A stretch of 64,000 nucleotides of DNA from Octopus sinensis (taxonomy: Eukaryota), in contig NC_042997.1 of NCBI RefSeq assembly GCF_006345805.1, forward strand, positions 29,016,001 to 29,080,000. The letters are read 5' to 3'. The translations under genes and the position numbers were made by a program. Below are positions 53,251-64,000 of the stretch, piece by piece. The notes under the pieces were generated by a model. The model made no database searches, was not told the DNA's origin, and saw only the letters and a list, made by a program, of their open reading frames with translations. Numbering within the stretch: the stretch's first letter is position 1; each line of letters starts with the position of its first letter.

Positions 53251-54103
53251 TCTGGTAAATTTAACGCCACTGGACAGCCCGGATATATCTCCTTAAAATC
53301 AGCCATCTCTAGCACCAAGGTCTAGCAACTCTAGCACACCTGCACCAAGGTCATCGTCACAAATTAACATTATGAACTGCATTATAAATTACCCAACATG
53401 TTTCCTTGCCTGTCTTCGCACATACTCTCACCCATTACATATCACCACTTGTGCATGACCACACAAGTGTATGTATGCGCACGGATGTATGTGAGTTGGT
53501 GAAGACGTGCGCACGTGCGCGCCCAACTACATGTGCACACGTACGTGTGCATATGTACATGGAGATGAAGGTGCGAACGTGCCTGTCTGTATGTGAGTGT
53601 ATGTGTGTACGTGTTTGTGTATACGTGTGAGTATACGTATATATTTGTGTATATGTGCGTGTGTGTGTGCATACATATGTGTGTGTCTGTCTGTGTGTAT
53701 GAGTGCGTGTGTATGCGTAGGCCGGGTTGTCTGAATGTACACCGAAGAAAACTGACACACTCGTATAAGTACTATGCATACACGCAGAAATATGGGCATA
53801 TACATGTACATATATACATATATACACCCACATCTACCGCTCTTTCCTACTTTCCCACAAACACACGACTGAGATCTTGTCCACCACGCATTCGATGCCC
53901 TCTTTACCATGTGGTATTCTGCATCTAATTACGGTCGCTGAATTACCATCAATACCTCGTGACTTTTCCCGACCAATTGCAGGCTAACTCCCAGCAATAA
54001 ATATTGACTTTCTTTAATCGAAATTTCATTGATACTCCAATGGCCGTAAACTAGCCACGCCCTTGAAACGCAGAGTTAAAAGGAGCCAGGATCAAACCGC
54101 TTT

Positions 54104-54166
<63 letters not shown>

Positions 54167-54178
<12 letters not shown>

Positions 54179-54465
54179 ATCACGTGACCGACCAGGCCAT
54201 CAGATTTTGCTACACATCGCTGGACACAATGCGCTTCGCATTGTTTTAGCCTTCAATGACGCCACCCCGCTGGCTGAGCAAGCAGACCAAAAGAAAGAGT
54301 GAGAGAAAGTTGTGGTGAAACAGTACAGCAGGGATCACCACAACCCCCTGCCGGAAATTCGTGGAGCTTTTAGGTGTTTTCGTTCAATAAACACTCACAT
54401 CGCCCGGTCTGGAAATCGACGCGACCCTACGACCACGATGCAGCTGTCCTAACCACTGGGCAATG

Positions 54466-54466
<1 letters not shown>
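54167..54466 (-). mobile_element. tRNA-derived SINE, family D
   Basis: The minus strand begins ttgcccagtggttagg...tcgatttccagaccggg (tRNA-like A/B boxes) and continues gtgagtgtttattgaacgaaaacacctaaaagctcc. Confidence 0.75.
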
Positions 54467-54516
<50 letters not shown>

Positions 54517-54655
54517 AATATAAGTGAGTGGTCACTATATGGCTCACTCTAGCACCAGTTAATCCAAAAGGTTTCAACCACAAAAATACATGTTTCATGA
54601 AAGTCAGTACTATTGTTAGCTCACACGGACAGGCAAATAAAAAATAACAAAAATA

Positions 54656-54751
54656 CAGATTATTTTGGGACAATTGTTTCGCTATTAATGAATTAAATGT
54701 AATTTTACTTACAAAAAAATCCACTTGTAGCTCGTCAGCCAAAACTATCTG
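54656..54751 (-). ncRNA. Minimal type-I hammerhead ribozyme (minus-strand copy)
   Basis: Reverse complement of the 55569-55664 motif; predicted cleavage between 54669 and 54668. Confidence 0.8.
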
Positions 54752-55568
54752 GATGAAATCCACTCAATCACACGCCAGATTTTACCATAACGATAATACG
54801 CGTGTGGTTCAATTGATTACATCCGACGTTATAATTCAAATGCCCCAACTAACAGCGCGCCAAACTTTCACGGAAAACAAATACAGCATTAGAAATAAAT
54901 GCAGCATAATTATAATTAATTAATAAGGGTGAGCGAATTAGATACTAATTTAATAGTATATCTATTCAACACCAAGTGGCCTAGTGCTCCGAGAAACCTG
55001 GATTATTATAATATTTTATAATATATTACAATATTTTACAAAATAAATATAAGAGAGTGGTCACTATATGGCTCACTCTAGCACCAGTTAATCCAAAAGG
55101 TTTCAACCACAAAAATACATGTTCCCATGAAAGTCAGTACGATTGTTAGCTCACACGGACAGGGCAAATAAAAAATAACAAAAATACAGATGGGAAACAT
55201 GTATTTTGTGGTTGAAACCTTTTAGATTAACTGGTGCTAGAGTGAGCCATATAGTGACCACTCTCTTATATTTATTTTGTAAAAATATTGTAATATATTA
55301 TAAAATATTATAATAATCCAGGTTTCTCGGAGCACTAGGCCACTTGGTGTTGAATAGATATACTATTAATTAGTATCTAATTCTCTCACCCTTATTAATT
55401 AATTATAATTATGCTGCATTTATTTCTAAATGCTGTATTTGTTTTCCGTGAAAGTTTGGCGCGCTGTTAGTTGGGGCATTTGAATTATAACGTCGGATGT
55501 AATCAATTGAACCACACGCGTATTTATCGTTATGGTAAAATATGGCGTGTGATTGAGTGGATTTCATC

Positions 55569-55664
55569 CAGATAGTTTTGGCTGACGAGCTACAAGTGGA
55601 TTTTTTTGTAAGTAAAATTACATTTAATTCATTAATAGCGAAACAATTGTCCCAAAATAATCTG
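55569..55664 (+). ncRNA. Minimal type-I hammerhead ribozyme (plus-strand copy)
   Basis: cagatagttttgg (55569-81) CTGACGA (55582-88) gcta (55589-92)...tagc (55636-39) GAAAC-AATT-GTC (55640-51) ccaaaataatctg (55652-64). Stem I is 13 bp with one mismatch, stem II is 4 bp, loop 3 is palindromic, and the triplet is GUC. Confidence 0.8.
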
Positions 55665-55933
55665 TATTTTTGTTATTTTTTTTTTGCCCTGTCCGTGTGA
55701 GCTAACAATCGTACTGACTTTCATGGGAAACATGTATTTTTGTGGTTGAAACCTTTTGGATTAACTGGTGCTAGAGTGAGCCATATAGTGACCACTCTCT
55801 TATATTTATTTTGTAAAAATATTGTAATATATTATAAAATATTATAATAATCCAGGTTTCTCGGAGCACTAGGCCACTTGGTGTTGAATAGATATACTAT
55901 TAAATTAGTATCTAATTCTCTCACCCTTATTAA

Positions 55934-56015
<82 letters not shown>

Positions 56016-56292
56016 TAATATATACATATATATATATATATATACATACATATATATATACATATATATATTATATACATATATATATACATATATACTA
56101 CAAAATTAGAAAATGGAGATACATACTTAAATAAATAAAACATCAACTATCAGATGATACCCAATCAATACTTTATTACACCATTACATACCTATCTAGC
56201 AGTATATTGGATATATATTATCCCATGGTGGGTTGAATTTTCAACCCCTATCTCATTTTATATACATATATATATATATATATATATACATA

Positions 56293-56336
<44 letters not shown>

Positions 56337-56340
56337 TATA

Positions 56341-56515
56341 TACGTTGCCCAGTGGTTAGGGCAGCTGACTCGTGGTCGTAGAATCGCGTCGATTCCCAGA
56401 CTGGGTGATGTGAGTATTTATTCAGCGAAAACACCTAAAAGCTCCACGAACTTCCGGCAGGGGGTTGTGGTGATCCCTGGTGTACTGTTTCACCACAACT
56501 TTCTCTCACTCTTTC
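56341..56515 (+). mobile_element. tRNA-derived SINE, family D, 3' truncated
   Basis: About 92 percent identical by eye to the reverse complement of 54292-54466. Confidence 0.75.
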
Positions 56516-59500
56516 TTCTTCTTATATATATATAAGAAGGTTTGGAGATGATGTACAGGTATTTTATATTACAAGAAATGAGGTACTCAGAAATTCGGAT
56601 GATTTTACAGATATTTATTTGTATATTACATGTTTTTATACATCATATAACTTATATCATATATCATATATTAGTGCTTTCGTCCATTCTGATGGAGTTT
56701 TCAAATTGAACTAATTTCCCGTGGAAACATTTTGACCATTTTATAGTGCTATTGAGTGTGTAGTGGGAGAGATATAAGATAGTACAAGAGGGTGATGAAT
56801 GGGAAGAAAGTGAGAGAGAGAGCATGTGCGTGTGTGTGCGTATGTGTGTGTGAGTGTGTTTGTATCTGAAAGGAGTGTTAAAGAAAAAAGAAGGATATAT
56901 ATATATATAAAGCCATCGTTATGTATATTTTCGATTTTATTGATGATAAAACATAAGAATTTCATAAAGTTGGAATTCTTCTCTCGAGAAAATTGTTCTA
57001 GTCATAAATGTAAGGAAATCAGAGTACATGATTGATGATTAAACTATTTTGTGTCTGAGGTTTCCTTCTGCACCTCTTTTCCATCCAAGTATATTTCTAT
57101 ATTTCTATATTTATTGAAAGTATGCCAACTATAGACCGCATTAAATTGTTTGTGAAATATGCATGATGGCGTATGATTAGTTAAGTGACCAATGTCATCC
57201 TGAATTAATGAAGACTCAATTTGAAAGTTTGAAAAGCATCGACCAATTGGCTGAGGGAACTATTCACCTCTTTATCGCTTAAGTAAAGTGTCATTTACGA
57301 AATATAAATCATTATTGATTAGTTAGCAAACAACACATGTACCGTTGAGCACAATAGTCTTTGAAGATGTGTTAATACTTACCCATATGCTAAATGCACC
57401 TCAGAGGATGAATCACATTTTTTATTGTTACTAAATGATAGATTATTAAAAGTATATTTAATTAATATACTAAAAGTATATTTAAGTAATATATATATTG
57501 TAAGTAATATATCAACGTTTCAAATGTAAATATTTGCATTAAAAAATCAACTTAGAATTATTGCAGTAACTCTGTATTTAGTATGGTTAATTGTTCCCTG
57601 TACGGGATTCCTTATTCGAACAGTAACGTATCCGAGACAATGAGAGCAATAATATACATGATGGAGTTGATGCGGATGACCATAATAGTTATGATAATTT
57701 AGAATAAGTTGATTTCAGTATTCATTAATATGACCTGGGGTTTGCTAACTCTAGTCAAAATTGCATATGCACTCCAGATATGTAACCTTTCCCGCATAAA
57801 GTCTAATTCCATTTCGGTAAGTGAAATTCATTCCCTGAAATATTAGCTTGGTTGGAAACTAATTACCAAAGTTTTTAATTGAAGTTTTGCTATTTATTTG
57901 AATATGTTCGTTTATTTAAATTTTCGAAGAACAGATTTCTAACAATAAAGTTATACGTAACATTTTATTTGTTCTTACCTCTGTCTAGAAAAATGTATAG
58001 ATCTAAATGGAATTGAAACTGATAACGGCTTCAAGTTTTCAACAGCCTTTCAAATGATCATTGGTCTGAAAAGTTTGAAGGCTAAAGCTTTGAATATAGA
58101 ACAGGATGAATATGACCGCCCATTGAGCAACAATTTGAAAAGAAAATTGTGAAGTTAAGTCACGTAAATCAATATAGTAACTGGCAGAAACATTATAAGT
58201 TTTAACCATATTGGAAACTAAAATATAAACGCATGAAGAGAAATGATGCTGCGTACTTTAAGAAAAACAGGTCGTTGTTACGCTGCTTCATTAGCCTTAT
58301 TTTCCTCTACATAAGCTCGCAGCTCTTCATTGCATTGTGATATATGACGTAATCGGGATTCTAATAATCTGATTGTGTTCCGTGTAGTGGCAATACTGAA
58401 ACTAATACTTTATCATAGAAAAAATATTTTCGATCCTCACCGATAATACAGTGGTATTCTCCAATTTTTAACGGATATATACCAAGTTATTGCAACACAG
58501 AAAATATACTAGGGGGGATTGAAAAAAAACCACATGTGTAGCAATATTTATACCGACCGGAAATTATTATTTTTTCTTGCTGACAGATATGTTTCTAGAG
58601 AAATTATATTAATTTACATGCTAAGATGCGTCTTGCTTCAATGTTTAGTTTGCGGCAATTACTTTCGTATAACCGATTAAAAAATGTATTAATTTCCGTA
58701 AATCCAAGCATCCGTTTGATCATATACGAGTGCACATGCAAGTTACTTCAGGTTTATTGTAATTTACTGCAATTGAATAATTTTTGAATTACAACTTCCA
58801 TTTAAATGTCAATAATTTTTAGAAACTTGAACTACAAATATCTTTCGTCTTTGAACGTTTAATTGAAATTCAAGTTTATTAGAGGAAAATGCAAATATAG
58901 TTTAAATATTCAGATGATATATTGGGCAACCTGTTAAAAATTACGGAGCCATCAAAAAATGCTGACTCACATGATAATACTATTTTTGCTACTGAATATA
59001 TTTTTGAAAGTTGATGTTACTATGTGTATATGCGTGCATATGTGTATGTAAATATCCATGTATGAATGTGTTTAAGGGTTGATGCATATATACATGCATG
59101 TGTACGTGTGTTTGTCTGTGTATATTCATGTGTGTGCAGGTATGTATTTATATATGTATTGATCATAAATATACGGGTGCTTTCAAAAATTAAATGTAAC
59201 GCACTTACAATATTATATAACGTGATACGTCAGTAGATCTCTCATTTTCGGATGAGGAGTGAACAATAATTAACCTCTGTCGAAATGTGTGCATTTACGC
59301 ATTCGTTTAATGGTTTTCAAATGATAAAATCAAGAAGAGAAAAAATCAAAGCAGAATTATCTGCAAATCTCAAAATATTTACACAACAAACACAAACATT
59401 CAGTGATGTCTCTTTTTGCATAATCAGAAAATAATTAGTATTAATTTATTTTGCAATTCCGCACCTTCTTAGCTAGTAGAAATATGTTTGCAAGCCTTTT

Positions 59501-59822
59501 GAAACAGATTTTCATAGCTATACTTTGTTCCTGGCAGATCTACCCAACCTTCGTCTCAATAAGCATACCATCAAAACATTTTTAATCATATTAAAAGTAA
59601 AACAGAATAGAACAATTGTTGCAGTACTAACACACTGAATTCGAGTTCAATATATTTCACACACATCGATGAGTATTCAAGAAATCTTTTTCATTATATC
59701 TGCATCAATGAAAAAAGGGCTTTTAGTTGAAGGTTTTTATCTAGGTCTTGTGTCTGAAAGATTCTGATACATTATCAATGTGTCCACAAAACATCGCAGA
59801 AAATGGGAGCTACTCAGATCTA

Positions 59823-60239
59823 TACTCTTTTCTCTTTTACTCTTTTACTTGTTTCAGTCATTTGACTGCGGCCATGCTGGAGCACTGCCTTTACTCGAGC
59901 AACTCGACCCCGGGACGTATTCTTTTTGTAAGCCCAGTACTTATTTTATCGGTCTCTCTTGCCGAACCGCTAAGTAACGGGGACATAAACACACCAGCAT
60001 CGGTTGTCAAGCAATGCTAGGGGGACAAATACAGACACACAAACGCAAACACGCATATATATATACATATATACGACGGGCTTCTTTCAGTTTCCGTCTA
60101 CCAAATCCACTCACAAGGCTTTGGTCGGCCCGAGGCTATAGTAGAAGACACTTGCCCAAGGTGCCACGCAGTGAGACTGAACCCGGAACCATGTGGTTGG
60201 TAGACAAGCTACTTACCACACAGCCACTCCTGCGCCTAT
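59823..60239 (-). mobile_element. tRNA-derived SINE, family A, full length
   Basis: Reverse complement of the 27595-28070 structure. Confidence 0.9.
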
Positions 60240-60676
60240 GTGGAACATTTTAATATTTCTACAGTTAATCGTTTAAGTTGCCTATAAAATGTTAATCAAA
60301 TTTTAAAACATTCATTTCTTGAATCAAAGATTCTAATGTATACGAATATTAAAATTAATGCATTATTTTTAGGGCTGATATTTCCTGTTGTTTCGATAAC
60401 AATTCCTGCAAAGAAGAAATAGATACCCACACACTGCACATTTATATATAAATGTGCATACATAAATCAGTATGTGTATGCTTAGATGTAAACACACACA
60501 CAAGCACACACTTATATGTATATTTATATACGTGTGTGTGTGTGTGTTTAGTAAATATAAACAGAAAACGACAGATTGTTTGAGACATGTATCAGGCTAC
60601 GTAAAAAGTAAGCAACGTTAGAAACATGAAATTCATCACAGCATATTTCAACAATGCGGAAATTTTATTCATCAAA

Positions 60677-61158
60677 GTTAAGTTAAGTTAAGTTAATTTT
60701 TTGGCTCAAAAAGCAAAAAGCAAGGCCATGTAGGGGGACATGGAGTTATGTACGGGGTGGTGTTCATGCAAAGAGTTCAGGCCATTTGTGGTCAAGTGAG
60801 ACTTTGAACCGAGCGGTCGTAGGCATCTTCACTATCTCGTCCGGCAGCTTATTTCACGGATCCGCAACCCGGACGGAGAAAGCCCCTCTCCTTCGATTGA
60901 GATGAAATCGTCGCAGATAGAGCCTTTCGGAGTGACCCCGCAGCCGATGCTCTGGAGCCGGAGTGAAGGACAGCTCTTTCGAGAGGTTGCACTTTCCGCT
61001 TATGATGTTATGAGCAAGAATGAGATCACCACGGTGTTGCCGTTTTTCTAGAGAATAAAGATCGAGCGTCTTCAGCCTTTCTTCATAAGACAAATGCTTG
61101 AGACCAAGAACCATGCGGGTAGCCAGCTTCTGGACTCTTTCGAGATGCTTTGTAACCA
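60677..61158 (-). mobile_element. CR1-clade LINE 3' end with (TTAAC)n tail
   Basis: KHLERVQKLATRMVLGLKHLSYEERLK..SLEKR..RGDLI..LRGH..FSVRV, then 3' UTR and ttaac x4 on the minus strand (gttaa x4 at 60677-60696). Confidence 0.9.
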
Positions 61159-61745
61159 GGTTCCCTCAACATCTGGAGCGTCATTAGTGAAACGTGTGGT
61201 CGAGCATTTTCATGAAGAATGATTGGCCCGCTTCTGTTGACCGAATGGTAGAGGTTTTTGGTTCATTTAGGCAATTTTATGGCGATATGTTTAGGCAGTA
61301 ATGGATTTTTCTGGTTTTATGAACTTATAGTGGACGAGTCCAGCAGTAAACTACCAAACATCCACCATAAACTTATTGAAGAGCTCGGGTTTAGTGCTTT
61401 ATTTTGGTCCAACCACTGCGAAGAACGTCTTATTATTGTAAGTCTTATTATTGTACAGAATCCACTTTTCATGCAAGTTGCAATACGATCGAGAAACGGA
61501 TCGTATCTGTGTATTTTCTGATTTTCATTCAAATATTGTGGTACCCATTTGTCGAGCTTTTTTGATCTTCCGATCGCAAGCAAATGGTTGTAGACAGTTT
61601 TCAGGCTAACTTAAAGTCCTTTTGAAAGTTAAAGTGTGGTTTTCCGTGGATATTTCTCAATGACGGTCTTTAATTGAGAGCCATCGATGGCAGATATGTG
61701 TCCACTACACTCACAAGGAGCACCATGCCTTGCTAGTTTATCACG
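61159..61745 (-). mobile_element. Internal mariner transposase fragment without TIRs
   Basis: KKLDKWVP, DPFLDRIATC, RRSSQWLD and LHENARPHVSLMTLQML. Confidence 0.85.
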
Positions 61746-61749
61746 AACT

Positions 61750-62525
61750 GGTAAGGTTCCTCAGTAACACTGCCAGCCCAGGGATCCTTGGAAGTTATCC
61801 ATGGTTCGGAATATACCTGCTAGTTGACCGTTACGGAAGCCTAGAATCTCTCCTAGGACGTCGTCGAAAGGCGAAGTGGAAACCCCGCTACTAGTGTTGC
61901 CCGTTTGACAGCAAAACTTGAGTACCTCATGACACTCCACTTTCCAAGCACCCAACTTTGGTTTACGCTTGATCCAATGCCCTAGTTCATTCAAACTATT
62001 AAGCTCAGGAAGTAACGACCGAACGAATACAGACCACATGTATTCACCATCCAGGTAGAGCCACAGATGCCGCAGCCTCAGTGCATGTCTGCGCATCAAC
62101 AGCCAAGGCATTCCTTGCCCATATTTCAGTGGGTGCTGGCCGCAGACAGAGCGGTGTACAAGTGGATTTCTATCCCTCCACAAAAAGTGGAAGAGCAGCC
62201 TCTCCAACTTGATCAGCCTCGAACTGGGGCGAGGCACCACGGTTAGGCGGTAGGTAATCAGAGAATCGATAAGCACTCCTGCGACCTACGCCTTCCCTTT
62301 CAGGGATAGCCGCCGTTTAGACCAGGTCTGAGTTAGGAGGTTCACCCTGCTCCTCACCTCGCTCCAATTCTTCTCTATCTGGAGGTCTTGGCAAACCAAA
62401 TCCCTAGCATTTTAACCGGCCCATCCGCCCAACGCACTACGGCGTTGTTGGGAGGTATCGTCTTGCCCCTCCAGATGCCGAGTTGCATGCCTACTGACCT
62501 ATCACCTGCGTCGTTTCACTGGGAG
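61750..62525 (-). mobile_element. Tx1/L1-clade LINE ORF2 post-RT fragment
   Basis: NWSEVRSRVNLLTQTWSKRRLSLKGKA, LIKLERLLFHFLW and G-x-GMPWLLMRRHALRL. Confidence 0.8.
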
Positions 62526-64000
62526 GGGTACTCATAGTTTTGCACCCCTCCATTTTCATCATCTCTTTGTATTTTCCGAGATCATCGCTTTCACAATTTA
62601 TTGTCTTTTTTCAAACACCGGCCGCTGCTGCAAAATTGCTAGCTGTTATTCCTTGCGTATACTCTTCTCCTGTCGGCATACTAATTAACGCTGCATTGTC
62701 TTCTCCGCTTCTGATATCTTCACTTGTACCAGGTTCACTACGCGTCTTGGTTTTAATAGGTGATTTGCCCATTTTTTAATTTTTTTTTTATCTTTTTTTG
62801 TAAACTACAACAATATTTTTCCCCTTCACACAAGCAGAAAAATAGGTGTTTAAAAGAACACTCAACAAAAGTTCAACAACGTAATATATCAACTGCAAAT
62901 TCAACAATTAAACACAAATATTACAACTTACGCCAAACCTTTCGAACAATGCACATACAAAAATTTCAATCAACTCGGTCAGAGATGATTGTAACATATT
63001 TCATCTTATTGGCCAACATTTCCCTACCCGAAGGGACGAACAAGAACATGCTACACACCACAAGTGGGGACAACAAACATAAACAGATGAATAAAATTAT
63101 ATAAAATTGAAGATTTAATTGCTACTCGACCCCACTTCCTAGTAGTACTATTTTAACTATATTTTACACTATTTTAAAATCGTACGCTAATCCAAGTAAT
63201 TATTTTAGTAAATGAAATGTGGCATCAATTTTGAAAATTCAACCACAGGTAGCAAATGGTCATACCTTATCCCGAACCCTAATGGGCTTGGATCGTCCCC
63301 AAAGTTTGCTTTTTTTTTATAGTTTTTAATGTCAATCAATATGTATTCCATACCTGGAACTCGTATATTATCCTATTCTGTAACCTTTATCACTGACTTC
63401 ATCTTCCCGATTTTTTCTTCGTCCAATAGTGTGGTAAATACGCCCTACATTTTAACTGATCGATGTTTCATGTTATTTGCGTCTGTGCCTGCTTTTGTGT
63501 ATTCAATTGTGGAATCTGTACTGTTAGAATTTGTTCGTGTATACTTACCTGAAGTGTCTGTCTGTGCTTGTGAATATTTTACTGGAGTTACTGGGCTGAA
63601 GGTGCGTGACTATATTTAGTTGGGGATTCTGGGCTCTCTACGATATTCTTGTGTGTTTGTTGTAATGTGGAATGCTGTGAGCACGTTTGCTTTTTTTTCT
63701 TCTTTTTAGAGTTCTTAAGAAGTGGGGAATTTTCGATTTCTTTCCTCTTCCTGTTCTGTATTTCTTGGACTTAGTCTCTGATCTACGCATCTACCTCCTT
63801 CGTACCTTCCTTCAGCTTCTCGTCCCTGCTACTTTTCTCTGGTCTCAACTCGACTGATCTCTGGTTGTTGAGAAGCGGGAAATGTGCCTTAATATGGCCC
63901 TGTTCTCTGCAGTGGTGGCATGTAGGACGTCTTCCCTCCACTACCACACGCGGCTTCACATCCTCTGGCAAATCTATTTCTTCTGTTATTTCTTGTAAGT
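62526..64000 (-). mobile_element. Tx1-type ORF1/UTR remnants (zinc knuckle near 63900; a second ORF start near 62772)
   Basis: ORF 63783-63971 contains RRPTCHHCREQGHIKAHFP (C-x2-C-x4-H-x4-C with the last Cys lost). A long, nearly open low-complexity frame spans 63190-63640, and MGKSPIKTK... starts at ~62772 after a TTG-rich UTR. Confidence 0.5.

Larger units (their letters stand above)
54514..55940. mobile_element. Hammerhead-bearing non-coding repeat (retrozyme or Penelope pLTR-like): two longer-than-unit copies of a ~530-bp monomer in head-to-head inverted arrangement
   Basis: Direct repeat period 529 bp on the left (gtggtc at 54528 and 55057) and 534 bp on the right (gaccac at 55256 and 55790). 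Inversion junction at 55190-55191. (TA)n at both outer ends. Confidence 0.85.

Noticed and set aside
57980-58090. IETDNGFKF as an integrase motif or exon
   Set aside because: It is a single short motif with a stop about 20 codons later and no supporting neighbours.

Overview
AT-rich, microsatellite-saturated eukaryotic DNA made almost entirely of decayed transposable elements. The SINE families and the (TA)n/(GT)n/(TAA)n density match what I recognise from octopus (coleoid cephalopod) genomes; this assignment is recognition from memory, not a database result. I found no intact host protein-coding gene, rRNA, tRNA gene or CRISPR array, and most short ORFs in the track are translated microsatellites or antisense shadows of TE remnants. 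Recognisable elements: two Chapaev3/Transib-like DDE transposase pseudogenes, several R4/Dong LINEs with a restriction-like endonuclease, RTE-BovB LINEs (one nearly full length with three C-terminal C2H2 motifs), a Helitron remnant with an OTU protease domain, mariner fragments, CR1 and Tx1 LINE pieces, a Naiad-type Penelope-like element, and four tRNA-derived SINE families. The most striking structure is at 54.5-55.9 kb. It is a non-coding ~530-bp unit present as two longer-than-unit copies joined head-to-head inside (TA)n tracts, and each copy carries an intact minimal type-I hammerhead ribozyme fold. This fits a retrozyme or Penelope pLTR-like system. Further intact-core or decayed hammerhead motifs lie elsewhere in the window, often near (TA)n tracts and short fold-backs. 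All coordinates were read by eye; TE boundaries are approximate.
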